DNA from: an uncultured Verrucomicrobiae bacterium
GTDB taxonomy: Bacteria > Verrucomicrobiota > Verrucomicrobiia > Limisphaerales > Palsa-1400
Assembly: GCA_963707025.1 (NCBI GenBank)
Contig: CAVPOM010000004.1
Span: 768,001 to 832,000, forward strand
Direction of reading: 5' to 3'
Length of the DNA: 64,000 nucleotides
A program made the position numbers and the translations under genes. The notes under the pieces were generated by a model. The model saw nothing but the letters and a program-made list of their open reading frames with translations, was not told the origin of the DNA and ran no database searches. Below, piece after piece: positions 20,244-31,276 of this stretch; within the stretch, counting starts at the first letter, position 1, and the number at the start of each line of letters is the position of its first letter.

Positions 20244-21635
20244 AAACACCCATGAATCAAAACACGGCCGCCGCACGGCGGATGAACCTGAGCCGCCGGC
20301 GGTTTCTGCGCGGGCTGGGAGCTTGCATCGCCCTGCCGGCTTTTGAGTCTCTTGCCCCAATGCGCCTGCTGGCCGGCCCGGTGGCGGCGGCGGGAGCCGC
20401 GGGCCAGGCGGCGCCGGTCCGAATGGCGTTCCTCTATGTGCCCAACGGGATTATCCCGTCGGCCTGGTGGCCGGAAGGGAATGGGGGAACGGATTTTGAA
20501 CTGCCGCGCACGTTGCGGACGCTGCAGAAGGTCAAGGGCGAGGTGCAGCTCATCTCTGGATTGGAAGACCTCAGCGCCAATCCCGGCATGGACGGGGGTG
20601 GCGACCATGCGCGGGCTGGCGGCACTTTCCTGACCGGAGTGCGGATCAAAAAAACGGCGGGGTCGGACATTTTTGCGGGGGTTTCCTTCGACCAGTTGAT
20701 GGCGCAGCGGATGGGCCACCTGACGCGCTTTCCTTCCCTGGAATTGAGCTGCGATGCCATTCGCAAGGCGGGCGATTGTGATTCCGGCTATTCCTGCGCC
20801 TACGGATACAATTTGGCCTGGCGCTCGCCCACCCAGCCAGTCAGCCCGGATGCCAATCCGCGCCTGGTCTTCGAGCGGTTGTTCGGCGAGGGACCCGCCG
20901 GCCAGCGGAACATCAACCTGCAACGGCGGCAAAAGGAGCAACAATCCATACTGGACTTTGTGCTGACGGACGCCAAGGCGATGGAGGCCACCATGAACGG
21001 ACGGGACCGGCAGAAGCTGGATCAATACCTGACTAGCGTGCGCGAGATCGAGCAGCGCATCGAGAGGGCGGAGCGGATGCCCCTGGCCAACCCGGCTGGA
21101 GACGCCCCGGCTGGCATCCCTGCCAACTTCGGCGAGCACGTGCAGTTGATGCTGGACATGCTGCTGCTGGCCTTCCAGACCGATTCGACCCGCGTGGCCA
21201 CCCTCCTGCTGGCCGGGGAAGGGAGCAACCGCTCGTTTGCCGAGATCGGGATTTCGGAAGGGCACCATAATCTCACCCACCACCGAGACCAGCCGGACAT
21301 GATCGCCAAGGTGAAGGAGATTGATTTGTGGTATGCAACGCAGCTTGGAAAATTCCTGGAAAAAATGGACCGGAACCCAGGACGTCAACGGTCAATCTCT
21401 GCTGCACAACTCGATGATACTCTACGGTTCGGGCAATGCCGACGGCAACCGCCATACCCACACCAACCTGCCGATTCTGCTCGCTGGCTCCGCCGGCGGC
21501 GGCCTCAAGACCGGCCGCTATCTCAAAACCGAGCCGGCGCCCTTGACCAACTTGTTTCTGAGCATGGCGGACCGGATGGGTGTCCAGGGAATCGAACGTC
21601 ATGGTGATTCCACCGGGCGTCTGGCGGGGGTGTGA
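20240..21635 (+). CDS. DUF1552 (HxxSHH-like) protein, one frameshift near 21371
   Basis: Tat-like SRRRFL, GYSCAY, HHNLTHH. The C-terminus LLHNSMILYGSG...HGDSTG is in a different frame. Confidence 0.85.
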
Positions 21636-21658
21636 TTCGGAACGGCAAGACGGGCCAG

Positions 21659-21716
21659 ATTAGGATTAAGATTAGGATTAAGATTAAGATTAGGATTAGG
21701 ATTAGGATTAGGATTC
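21659..21716. repeat. ATTAGG/ATTAAG hexamer tandem repeat
   Basis: About nine units; shorter tracts near 9366, 40490, 46745, 50172, 55499. Confidence 0.9.
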
Positions 21717-21972
21717 AAGAGCCTGAGAAATGGCGGTGGTCATCGCCGGCGAAGGCAGACGCAAGATCGAGGATGGATTGCTACGGGCCGGCAGGCGCGG
21801 CCCGCAGCATCCCGATTCGGAATCGGGACGTGCCTTGGAAGAATGAAACAGCCTTCTGGCAATGCGCCCGGGCAACGAATGTTACAATTGGACGGCTTCT
21901 CCCAAGTCTTTGTGAATCAACCACATCAGATGCTTGAAGTTTTGTCGAGTTCGCCCCATATTATTGAAACTT

Positions 21973-23121
21973 ATGAAAACAGCGCGTTTGAAAAACATCG
22001 CGAGGGGCTGCGGAGCGGGTCTTTTGTTTTTAACAGTTTCCCAAACCGGCCTGGCCCAGGTGCCTGGTCTCGTGATGGGTCCCGTGATCAGCATCACCAG
22101 CCCCGCCAATCACGCCGATTTTTTCACGCCGGTGGATATTCCCATATTCGCTCGTGTGGAGGATGCTCCCCGCACCACCAACGTGGAGTTTTACGCGGGC
22201 ACAACGGACCTTGGTCCCGGTTTCAGTTTGGGGGCCGCTATACTGCCGCCGGCATCGCCGTTCTTAAGGGCTTGGCAAGAGCCGAGGCTCGCTTCTGTTT
22301 ATTGTCTGATATGGACCAACCCGCCAGGCGGTTCCTATGCTTTGACGGCCGTGAACACAGGCAGCAACGGCCTCGGAGGCTATTTAAGAGAGTATTTGTC
22401 CAGAACTTCCGCGCCGGTGAACATCACCGTAATGACCTCCACGGCCCCGAGGAACGGGCCGGACGTGGTGAGCGTGGTGGCCACGGATCCCATCGCGATT
22501 TCCGGGACCAATTCCTGGGTCTGGCGTAACATGCCCAACGCCACCCCGTCCTGGATCAACTGGCCGCCGCCCATTTGGCAGAGCTACACCAATTGGGGAC
22601 CCAAGGACGCCCTGTTCACCGTGCGCCGTTTCGGCGATGCCAGTGCCGGCCTGACCGTGACCTACAGCCTCGGCGGCACGGCCGCCAACGGCACCAACTA
22701 TGCCGCCTTGCCCGGGTCTGTCACCATTCCCGCCGGGATGGCCTACGCCTTGATTCCCGTCGTTCCTATTGACAACGGCCCGCCCTACACTCCCAAGACC
22801 GTTATTCTCACCCTGACCCCGGATACCAACGCCCCGCCGGCCTGCGTCCTTGGAATCCCGCGCCAGGCCGCGGCGGTCATCCTGCATGACTGGATTCGGC
22901 CTTTGCCATTCCTGTTGTCCGACGGCAGTTTTCATCTCAACGCCGGAGGCCCCGACGGCGCCTGGTTCGCCACCGAGGTCTCGACCGATTTGCTGAACTG
23001 GTCCTCCGTCGGCACCAACCAGGTATTCCAAGGCTCCCTGGATTTTGTGGACATGAACGCGCCGGGCAATCCAGTCCGTTTTTACCTGGCCATCCCCCAG
23101 CTCACTCCGCCGACGCAGTAG
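21973..23121 (+). CDS. Secreted protein with Ig-like/Calx-beta-like domains
   Basis: ISITSP...VEFYAG, LTVTYSLGGTAANG.NY..LPGSVTIPAG, and C-terminal STDLLNW...RFY. Confidence 0.7.
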   Translation: MKTARLKNIARGCGAGLLFLTVSQTGLAQVPGLVMGPVISITSPANHADFFTPVDIPIFARVEDAPRTTNVEFYAGTTDLGPGFSLGAAILPPASPFLRAWQEPRLASVYCLIWTNPPGGSYALTAVNTGSNGLGGYLREYLSRTSAPVNITVMTSTAPRNGPDVVSVVATDPIAISGTNSWVWRNMPNATPSWINWPPPIWQSYTNWGPKDALFTVRRFGDASAGLTVTYSLGGTAANGTNYAALPGSVTIPAGMAYALIPVVPIDNGPPYTPKTVILTLTPDTNAPPACVLGIPRQAAAVILHDWIRPLPFLLSDGSFHLNAGGPDGAWFATEVSTDLLNWSSVGTNQVFQGSLDFVDMNAPGNPVRFYLAIPQLTPPTQ

Positions 23122-23175
23122 CTTGCATCCGGCTGGCCGGGCAATCATCTCTCCGCCTAAAGCGCCATCATCGCG

Positions 23176-23520
23176 CTACCAACGGCGAAGGAAATGCGGG
23201 CGTGCCGCATGTACCCCCAGGCGAACCCGCGGATAAAAGTAAGGATAAACCAGCGGGGCAGGGACGCAACAGACTGGCGCCGGCGCCACGATCACGGGAG
23301 CCGGGGCGCAATAAGGCGCCACATAAACCCTTGGCGAATAGGCGTAACAGGCCGGCGGCGGACAGTATGCCACCGTCCTGCCGACCATGGTGCCGACGGC
23401 AAATCCGCCAACGACGCCTGCCGCCACCGGCCAGCCGCCGGCACGGGCATTGGAAACCCCTGCCGTGGCCAGGGTGAGAACGACCGCCGCAACCGCCGGG
23501 ACTTTCATAAGCTTTTTCAT
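23176..23520 (-). CDS. Small secreted Pro/Tyr-rich protein
   Basis: Signal peptide, GGWPVAAGVVGGFAVG, YAPAPVIV-type repeats. Confidence 0.65.
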   Translation of the reverse strand: MKKLMKVPAVAAVVLTLATAGVSNARAGGWPVAAGVVGGFAVGTMVGRTVAYCPPPACYAYSPRVYVAPYCAPAPVIVAPAPVCCVPAPLVYPYFYPRVRLGVHAARPHFLRRW

Positions 23521-23958
23521 ATTGATCCTTTGCATAAAACGTTGCTTTCTTTCGCGGATCCGATGCTTCCGCATCCGGCCCTGTTCCATCCGCGGCCCTC
23601 TGTCTTCCTATACGGTCGGATTGGGGTGATCTTGCACGCCATGGCGCCGGGAACGGGATTGATCGGTGGGAGGCGGGCGCGCGGGACACAGCCACCCTGG
23701 GATCAAACAAAGGCCGAGGCTCGAGGTCAAATCCGGCCGGGGGAATGCGGTCATCGTACTAATTACGTTGATTTCGCCGATTCTAAAAGCCGTCTTTCTC
23801 CCGCTGGAAACCTGTCATTTTCAGCCCGTCCAAAAGAGTGAGAAAGGAGATCTGCACTCGGGATGAACTGGGAAGGCATATTGCTGACCCGTTCGACCCT
23901 TCGATTGGTTTCGGGCTTGCTTATACCTCTTGGTAAGAGGTAAACTAAATTCAAAACA

Positions 23959-25155
23959 ATGAACATCGGCTATGAAAACTGGTGGTCCGGCGTGGTGCGA
24001 CTGGTGGCCGCTTCGGCCGCCCTGACGCTTTGTTCTTGTGCGGTTCATTCGCGCGGTGGGGACGGGCGATTATGGTTGAAGTCCACGATTAATGGAAAGC
24101 CCGCGCGCCTGGCCTTCGATACCGGGGCGGGCGTTCCCGTGCTCTTTGGCACGGCCCCCAAGAAGTTTGGCCTTTCTGTTACGAACATGCCGAATGTTGA
24201 ATCCCTCGGCCCCGATGTAATCCGAACTTTTACCGGGGAATGCAACGTGACGATTGAGCATTCGAAACTCCGAACCTGGTTTGGGGTTGTTGACGTGCCG
24301 CAGGGGATAGAATCGGATGCGGATGGCGTGCTGTGCTGGCGTTATCTAAAAGACAACATCATTGCCGTGGACGCGGTTCATGGAACCGTGAGCTTCTTGA
24401 ACTCGTTACCCCGAAAAGCGGCTGGTTGGACAAGACTCAGGCTCGTGACCAATTCCAATTCCGGTACGCTGATAATGACCGTGCCGCGGCCGGGCGACAC
24501 TCCGTACAGCGTTCTGGTGGATACCGGCTCCCGCCTTGGGGTTGCCCTTTTCCCCGACCAGTGGCAGGAGTGGAAGACAGCCCATGCAGACCAACCTGTG
24601 ACACTTACCGGTTCTGTTAATGCCTTTGATGGCTGGGTTGTGACAGAAGAAGGGTGGGCAAAAACACTGGCCATCGGCTCGTTATCGTTGACAAATGTCC
24701 CGGTAACGAAAGCCGACAAGCTTGATCTTCTACTCGGTTCCACCAATACCGTCGCAATGCTCGGAATGGAAGCGTTGAAACGGTTCGATCTGGTGATTGA
24801 CGGAAAAAAGGGCTTTGCCTACCTCCATGCCAAGGAGGGACCGCCGCCGCCATACGAATACAATCGTCTCGGAGCCGTTTTTGCGCCGCCAGATTTGGAG
24901 AGTGAGAATCTGGTGGCCAGCGTCGTTGCCGCCAGCCCGGCTTGGGAGGCGGGGATTCGACCCGGCGATGTTCTGACGCGCGTCGGGAACATGGATGTAA
25001 GAAATTGGCGCAAAGACCAGACCATTGGGCGGCGTCTCTGGCCGTTGCTGAGGCAACCGCCCGGAACCAAACTTGAACTTGCCGTGAGGCGCGGCGAAGA
25101 GCAAATCATCGGCCACGCTGTTCTGCGGCAAATTCTATCACCGGAGGCGAAGTAG
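23959..25155 (+). CDS. Double aspartyl-protease (retropepsin-like) plus PDZ protein
   Basis: Two DTG motifs (FDTGAG, VDTGS), LGMEALKRF, PDZ SPAWEAGIRPGD. Confidence 0.85.
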   Translation: MNIGYENWWSGVVRLVAASAALTLCSCAVHSRGGDGRLWLKSTINGKPARLAFDTGAGVPVLFGTAPKKFGLSVTNMPNVESLGPDVIRTFTGECNVTIEHSKLRTWFGVVDVPQGIESDADGVLCWRYLKDNIIAVDAVHGTVSFLNSLPRKAAGWTRLRLVTNSNSGTLIMTVPRPGDTPYSVLVDTGSRLGVALFPDQWQEWKTAHADQPVTLTGSVNAFDGWVVTEEGWAKTLAIGSLSLTNVPVTKADKLDLLLGSTNTVAMLGMEALKRFDLVIDGKKGFAYLHAKEGPPPPYEYNRLGAVFAPPDLESENLVASVVAASPAWEAGIRPGDVLTRVGNMDVRNWRKDQTIGRRLWPLLRQPPGTKLELAVRRGEEQIIGHAVLRQILSPEAK

Positions 25156-25268
25156 TAGAAAAGGGCACTATGTCGGTGTGTCGGTGTCCTCACTTTTTAT
25201 ACTCTTTAAATGAGAATCGGCGGTGGGAGAAAGCAGGCGGCGCGATCTCGCCTTTCCCACAAGAGCTC

Positions 25269-25417
25269 AAAATCCTCATTGCCCTTGCGCCCGCGCGCGA
25301 CCAACATCCAGCCATGCTGGCGCGTGTTTTATCCGCTGCGGTCAACGAAATCGAGGCCTTCACCGTGAAAGTGGAGGTCAATTGCGACTGGGGCAACGCG
25401 GTCATCGCGATTGCCGG
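25269..25417 (+). repeat. comM promoter/5'-end copy A (most diverged)
   Basis: ATG 25314 reads MLARVLSAAVNEIEAFTVKVEVNCDWGNAVIAIAG versus comM MLARVFSAAVNGIEAFPVEVEVNCGWGDTVVVIVG. Confidence 0.9.
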
Positions 25418-25472
25418 TTCCACTTTGCCCAAACAACCAACGGTTGGCCGCCCGCCACGCCGCCTGCGGCGC

Positions 25473-26972
25473 ATGCCGGTTTCTCGATTGCTGTCGTGGC
25501 TTGGCCGGTGGTCGCTTTTGTGCGGTCTTGGTTTCTTTCCTTCAATCTCGCGGGCAGCGTCAACAAATGAAATGATTTTGCGGGCCATGTCTGCGCTCCA
25601 GGCGGCCGCCCCGCGCGCCCAGTCCGATCCGGCCCGGCCCATTTTTCATATCACCGCTCCAGCCCAATGGATGAATGATCCCAACGGGCCGATTTATTAC
25701 CATGGCCTCTACCACATTTTTTATCAGTTGCATCCCTTCAGCGACGGAGATGGTCCCAAGTATTGGGGGCACGTCCGCAGCCGCGATTTGGTGAAATGGG
25801 AAGCTCTGCCCATCGCTCTGTGGCCTTCCACGGAGATGGGCGAAACCGGCGTCTGGTCCGGTTGCTGCGCCGTCAATGGCAGCGGCCAGCCGATGATCTT
25901 TTATACCAGCGTTGCCGCCGGACAATCTGCCCAAACCCACGCGGAACAGTGGGCGGCGCTGGGCGATGAAGATTTGATCACCTGGCGCAAATGTCCGGCC
26001 AATCCCATGCTTGCCGAATCCTTGCACGGGGCCAGGAAGATTTACGATTGGCGCGATCCCTTCATTTTTCACTACCGTCAGCGGACCTTTTTGGTGACCG
26101 GCGGCAACCTGAACCGGGCGCAAGGCGGACAGGCCGTCGTCAATATTTATGAGTCGGAAAATGCCGGGCTGACACAGTGGAAATATCGCGGCGTTCTTTT
26201 TCAAATTCCTGACGCGGAGGCGCGCACCGCCGAATGCCCCAACTTTTTCAATATCGGTGACCGTTGGGTCCTCCTGGTGTCCCCCTACGGCAAAGTGCAA
26301 TACTACGTCGGCGACTTTGACGCGGAAACGTGCCGCTTTCAATCGCGCGCGCGGGGCCTGGTGGATGTCGGGCCGAATTTTTACGCGCCAAACACCATGC
26401 AACTCGCCGATGGCCGGCGCATCATGTGGGGCTGGGTGAATGGTTTTCCGGGCGGCCACGGCTGGAAGGGCTGTCTGTCCCTCCCGCGCGTTCTGAGCCT
26501 GTCAAGCGATGGCCAACTGCGCCAAAGCCCCGCGCCGCAACTCCGCAAGCTGCGTGGCCCGGCCGTGATATGGCGAAACACCGCTCTGCGCGGCGATGGC
26601 GCCGCGTTTCGATTGCCGCAGACCAACGCGCTGGAAATCCAGGCTGACATTCTTTTGCGGACTTCAGACAGCGTTGTCCTTTCGTTAAGAAATGCCGCCG
26701 CCAACGCTTCGCCCGTCCTCATGAAGTTTAACGGTTCGGAATTCAAAATGGCGGACGCGGAAGGCCGGCTGTCCCTGGCCGGATCGGAACGAAAACTCGA
26801 CCTGCGCATTTTCATTGACCGCTCCGTGCTGGAAATCTTCGCCAACGATGCCTTGTGCGCGACGAAAGTAATTGCTCCGCTGGATGCCGGCGCCACGTTG
26901 CAGGTCAGTTCCCCGGACGGCTCCGCCCAGGCGAAGCTGGTCGAGGCCTGGCCCATGAAAACGATCTGGTGA
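25473..26972 (+). CDS. Glycoside hydrolase family 32 (beta-fructofuranosidase-like)
   Basis: WMNDPNG, WSG, RDP, ECP motifs; start uncertain. Confidence 0.92.
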   Translation: MPVSRLLSWLGRWSLLCGLGFFPSISRAASTNEMILRAMSALQAAAPRAQSDPARPIFHITAPAQWMNDPNGPIYYHGLYHIFYQLHPFSDGDGPKYWGHVRSRDLVKWEALPIALWPSTEMGETGVWSGCCAVNGSGQPMIFYTSVAAGQSAQTHAEQWAALGDEDLITWRKCPANPMLAESLHGARKIYDWRDPFIFHYRQRTFLVTGGNLNRAQGGQAVVNIYESENAGLTQWKYRGVLFQIPDAEARTAECPNFFNIGDRWVLLVSPYGKVQYYVGDFDAETCRFQSRARGLVDVGPNFYAPNTMQLADGRRIMWGWVNGFPGGHGWKGCLSLPRVLSLSSDGQLRQSPAPQLRKLRGPAVIWRNTALRGDGAAFRLPQTNALEIQADILLRTSDSVVLSLRNAAANASPVLMKFNGSEFKMADAEGRLSLAGSERKLDLRIFIDRSVLEIFANDALCATKVIAPLDAGATLQVSSPDGSAQAKLVEAWPMKTIW

Positions 26973-26999
26973 TGCTGCGCGCCCCATTCTTTGCTTAAG

Positions 27000-27108
27000 A
27001 AAACCGCATTGCCCTTGCGCCCGCGTTCCCCCAACATCCACCCATGCTGGCCCGTGTTCCGTCCGCCGCCGTCAATGGCATCGAAGCCCGCCCCGTCGAG
27101 GTGAAATC
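27000..27108 (+). repeat. comM promoter/5'-end copy B
   Basis: AAAACCGCATTGCCCTTGC...CAACATCCACCCATGCTGGCCCGTGTT...GTCGAGGTG. Confidence 0.92.
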
Positions 27109-27189
27109 AAGGCCGGATACCGGGGGAAGCCCAAGGTGGCTTACATCAAAGTCTCGCTTGAGGAACTGGCTTGAGGTATTTTTAAACCT

Positions 27190-27459
27190 ATGAAAGGAAA
27201 CACTGCGACGGTCGGTTACCGCTACATCACACGCCAGACGGGTGTGCGTGGCGGCCACTCCATCATCGAGGGTACGCGCGTCGGTGTCCACGACGTCATC
27301 AGCCTCCTCCAGAATGGTGAAACTGTGGACAGCGTGGTCACTCGGTGCTTCCCCAACATCACCCGCGCCCAAGTGTATGAGTGCCTGGCGTATTACGAGG
27401 ACCACCGCGGCGAGATTGACGTGCTGGTGGCTCGCCAGATGTCCGCGCCGACAGCGTGA
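27190..27459 (+). CDS. DUF433 antitoxin
   Basis: GVRGG.SIIEGTRVGV...VYECLAYY. Confidence 0.88.
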   Translation: MKGNTATVGYRYITRQTGVRGGHSIIEGTRVGVHDVISLLQNGETVDSVVTRCFPNITRAQVYECLAYYEDHRGEIDVLVARQMSAPTA

Positions 27460-27776
27460 AGTTCCTGCTCGACCACGACGTGCCGGATGACGCCGCCTTC
27501 TCGCTGGAGGCGCTGGGTCACGTCGTCGTCAAGCTGCGTGAAGTGCTGGGCGTCACCACCCCGGATGAGGAGGTGCTGCGGCTGGCTGGCGAGCGTGGCT
27601 GTGTGCTTATCACCTGTAATCGCGATGATTTTCTGGCTGCCGCCGGGCGCGTCGCGCACCACGGCATCATCATACTCATCCGCCGCAAGTCCAGGACGTT
27701 GGAGCGGGCGGCGTTGATCCGGCTGTTGGATTCCGCAGGGGAATCGGGCTTGAGCGGCAACATCAATTTCGCCTGA
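27456..27776 (+). CDS. DUF5615 PIN-like toxin
   Basis: KFLLDHDV...DEEVL...VLITCNRDDF; GTGA overlap with the antitoxin. Confidence 0.85.
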   Translation: MKFLLDHDVPDDAAFSLEALGHVVVKLREVLGVTTPDEEVLRLAGERGCVLITCNRDDFLAAAGRVAHHGIIILIRRKSRTLERAALIRLLDSAGESGLSGNINFA

Positions 27777-27857
27777 GCCACCTTTTTCAACGGATCGAAG
27801 GGTACCAGGCCATTTGGGAAAGCAGGTCACGCTCCCTCCCGCTTTTCCCAGCGGGGG

Positions 27858-27930
27858 CAAAAACCGCATTGCCCTTGCGACTGCGTTGGCCCAACCTCCA
27901 GGCATGGCGGCCCGTGTTTTCTCCGCCGCC
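27858..27930 (+). repeat. comM promoter/5'-end copy C (shortest)
   Basis: CAAAAACCGCATTGCCCTTGC...ATGGCGGCCCGTGTTTTCTCCGCCGCC. Confidence 0.9.
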
Positions 27931-27953
27931 AGGAAAAACTTCTTCTTTTGATT

Positions 27954-27977
27954 TGCCATTTGGCATGCCAAATGGCA
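27954..27977. promoter_or_regulatory. Perfect 24-bp palindrome, candidate TA operator
   Basis: TGCCATTTGGCATGCCAAATGGCA immediately upstream of the AbrB-type antitoxin. Confidence 0.65.
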
Positions 27978-27989
27978 TGGTTATGGGAA

Positions 27990-28241
27990 ATGGAAGCGGT
28001 TATTACGATGGATAAATTTGGGCGCATGGTCCTTCCCGGGCCAATGCGCAGGGCGCTCCAGATTTCCCGGCCCGCCGCCTTCAAGGCGGAAGTCATGGGC
28101 AACAAAGTGGAGCTGACTTTGGTCGCCCCGGAGCGAAGCGCGGTTTTGAAAAAGCGGCGGGGTCTGATCGTTGTTTCAACCGGCGGGCGAAAATTTAACG
28201 CGGCCGAGGCGGTGAGCGCCATGCGCGAGGAGCGATTCTGA
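27990..28241 (+). CDS. AbrB/MazE-type antitoxin
   Basis: ITMDKFGRMVLPGPMRRALQI. Confidence 0.8.
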   Translation: MEAVITMDKFGRMVLPGPMRRALQISRPAAFKAEVMGNKVELTLVAPERSAVLKKRRGLIVVSTGGRKFNAAEAVSAMREERF

Positions 28242-28660
28242 GCACCTATTTCGACACCTCGGCCCTGGTCGCTGCGATGGTTGAGGAGGAGGAGCATCAC
28301 GGTGCGGCCTTGAAGGCGCTCACCCGTCCCGGCGCCGCTTTTACATCCACTCATGCCCTCGCTGAAACTTTCGCCACCTTGACCAGCGGGCGCCTGGAGG
28401 TCCAGCTAACCCCGGTCGAGGCGGTACAAGTCATTGATGCGAACGTCGTCCGACGGCTTCGAGTCGTTGACTTGCGTTTGAGTGACTATCAGCAGGCGAT
28501 GCGAAACAGCCACACGGTTGGCGCGCGTGGCGGCGCGATTTTTGACATGTTGCATTTACAGGCGGCGCGCCGGGGAGCTGCGAAACGCATTCTCACCATT
28601 AACGTCCGGCACTTTCAAACATTCGCGCCTGACCTGAAAAACATCATCTCGCTGCCATAG
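28238..28660 (+). CDS. PIN-domain (VapC-like) toxin with CTG in the start position
   Basis: CTG-STYFDTSALVAA...LAETFATLT...IFDMLHLQAA...TINVRHF. Confidence 0.8.
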   Translation: MSTYFDTSALVAAMVEEEEHHGAALKALTRPGAAFTSTHALAETFATLTSGRLEVQLTPVEAVQVIDANVVRRLRVVDLRLSDYQQAMRNSHTVGARGGAIFDMLHLQAARRGAAKRILTINVRHFQTFAPDLKNIISLP

Positions 28661-28685
28661 CCTCGCAACACCCACAGCGGCTCTC

Positions 28686-28830
28686 GCAAAAACCGCATTG
28701 CCCTCGCGCCTGCGTTGGCCCAACATCCATCCATGCTGGCCCGTGTTTTCTCCGCCGCCGTCAATGGCATCGAAGCCTTCCCCGTCGAGATGGAGGTCAA
28801 TTGCGGGTGGGGCGACACCGTGGTCGTAAT
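28686..28830 (+). repeat. comM promoter/5'-end copy D
   Basis: ATG 28733 reads MLARVFSAAVNGIEAFPVEMEVNCGWGDTVVV. Confidence 0.95.
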
Positions 28831-29782
28831 GTTGTCTTGTGATCTCCCCCCCGGCTCTGGCCCGAACGGCTCCAAGTTGAGACTTGTCGTGTCTGCTTTC
28901 GAAATTCAGTCTTTTTTGTGGCGCAAAATGAATCCGATTAGGGACGCAGTTTAATCTGGGTCCCCGTTACGTAACGTGCATAATAGCCCTAGCCGAAACA
29001 ATATGGACTCAAATCGCGGAAATTTCCTTTGTTCCTCGTGGTTAATCATCAAGTGGCTGCTCCCGTTATCGCTGCTTCTCGCGACTGGTTGCAATGGAGG
29101 ATCCTCTTACGACATTATTTGGATAAATGAGTCAGACGTAAAGATCAATGATGTCAGCGCGCAAATTGGCCGCGAACAGGCTTCGTGCGGAGGCTTGATG
29201 GCGAAAGGACAAGCTGGTTACGGACTCTTTGTATTTCCATTGCCGGAAACGGCCTCCGTAACGTGGCGGGGTTCAAACGGGAACAAGCATGACGTGAAAG
29301 TTCAAGTGGCCAAGCTTGCCCCGCCCAATTTTAGACGTGGCACGGTCCAGTTCCGAATTCACGCAGATAATTCGGTGAGCGTGACATTTCGCATTTTTGA
29401 TTCGCCAGAGAAGCCTTCGCAAGAATACATTCCTAACGAATCATCAGAGCAACTCGCCCTTCGGAAGGCTGGGAATGCCCTGTTCGAAGCCATTGCCAAT
29501 GGAGACACAAACAGCATTCTGACGGCTTTAGCGGCTGGGGTTGACATTAATCGTCCGATCAATGGACTGAGAGGGTGGACTCCTCTGGGGCGGGCTGCCA
29601 GTACTGGACGGTTGGATGTGGCGAAACTGCTGCTCCAACGCGGTGCCAAGCCAAATAACGCCTTGTATTTTGCCGCTCGAGACGCAGATGCGGGGATGAT
29701 AAGTCTTCTCTCGAAGCAGGGAGCAGATGTTAACTTTGCCGAACCTGAACAGGATACCGCGCTTATCGTGGCCATCTCTAAT

Positions 29783-31276
29783 TGAGGTGGACCCCATCCT
29801 TTAGACCACGGAGCGCATGAAATAAGCGCGACTTTTGCCGATTGCTGTCATTACTAATTGTAGTTGACTACTGTTCATTCCGTGTTTCAAAACCCTTTCG
29901 AAAAGAGAGAACGAGCGATGCGGAGCACTGCCCGTCCTCCCTCTCCGTTTTCTTAGGGTTCTCAACTCTACCGCCGCAGGCGGTCTGATTTCAAGCCTTT
30001 TCCTGCCGCCTGCCTCTCTGTCAAGTGCTGCGATCGCTCCTGCCTCTGGCAGGTTGCATCGCTTCCCATTTGGCCGGTTGGGCTCCATGCGTGCCGGGAT
30101 CAAAATACGCGTCCGCCGGCGTCGCATAGCCCAACGCCTGGTGCGGTCGTTCCCGGTTGTAGCCGTCAAACCACCGGCCCAGTCCGCGCCCTGCCGCCAA
30201 CCCGTCGCCATAGTCTTGCAAATAAATGTCCTCATACTTGGCGCTCCGCCACAGCCGCTCGATAAACCGGTTGTCCATCCAGCGACCCCGTCCGTCCATG
30301 CTCACGTCCACCCCCGCCGATTCCACCGCATCGATAAACATCGGGGAGGTGAACTGCGATCCCTGGTCGGTATTGGAAATCAACGGCGCCTGACGCCCCG
30401 CCCGCAACGCCGCCTCCCAAGCGTCCACACAAAAGTCCGCCTCCAACGTGTTGCTCAAGCGCCATCCCAGCACGTAACGACTCCGCCAATCCATCACCGC
30501 CACCAAATACATAAACCCAGTTGCCATAGGCACATACGTAATGTCCGAACACCAAACCTGATCCGGTCCCGTCACTGCCAAATTGCGTAACAGATACGGA
30601 TAAATCTGGTGCCCCATCTCCCGCAGACTCGTCTTGGGCTTGGCGTAAATCGCCTCGATCCCCATCAACCGCAGCAGCCGCACCACCCGTTTGCGATTGA
30701 TGGTCAAACCCTCCCGGCGCAACAGCACGGTCAGTTTGCGGCTGCCATAAACCGGGTGGTCCAAATGCATCTGGTCCAACCGCCGCATCAGCGCCAGGTT
30801 CTCCTCTGTCTCCGGACAGCACTGGTAATAATAACTGCCACGGCACACCGCCAGCAGCTCGCACTGGCGCCGCACGCTGAGCTGCGGATCGGGAGCGATT
30901 AAACATGTTAAAGCCCCAGTTGCCTGGACTTTTTTTTAAGCCAGTCCAAGTCCACCGTCAGTTGGCCAATCTTCTCATGCAGTTGGGCAATCAACTGTTC
31001 CTGATCCTCCGTGCGGGGTTGCCCGGGCTCAAACAATTCGGGCATGTGATCCCGAATCGTCGCCCGCCACTGCGTGACCTGCGCCGGATGCACCGCATAC
31101 TCTCGCGCCAATTGCGCGACCGTCTTCAGCCCCACCAGGGCTTCGAATCCCACTTTGGCCTTGAAGGCCGCACTGTGTCTTTTCCGTTTTGCTTTCATAA
31201 GTCTGCTCTTTCTTATCTACAGCAAACCGGCAAAAATCGAAACTTACCTGTGGTCTAAAAATAGGGGTCCAGCTCA
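29783..31276 (-). mobile_element. IS3-family insertion sequence (1494 bp)
   Basis: TIRs TGAGGTGGACCCCATCCTTTAGACCAC and TGAGCTGGACCCCTATTTTTAGACCAC; 3-bp duplication AAT. Confidence 0.95.
30021..31198 (-). CDS. IS3 transposase OrfAB (-1 frameshift)
   Basis: OrfA 31198-30908; A8G slippery site at 30937-30929; OrfB with WCSDITY, DQGSQF, IERLWRS (DDE). Confidence 0.93.

Noticed and set aside
21632..21937. ORF with IKIRIR repeat; telomere-like reading of TTAGGA
   Set aside because: The ORF is just a translation of the hexamer tract; tracts are short, internal and intergenic
25269..28830. CRISPR array or classical integron as the explanation for the spaced repeats
   Set aside because: Repeats are comM-derived and variable in length, spacers are whole genes, and no cas, intI or attC-like sites were seen
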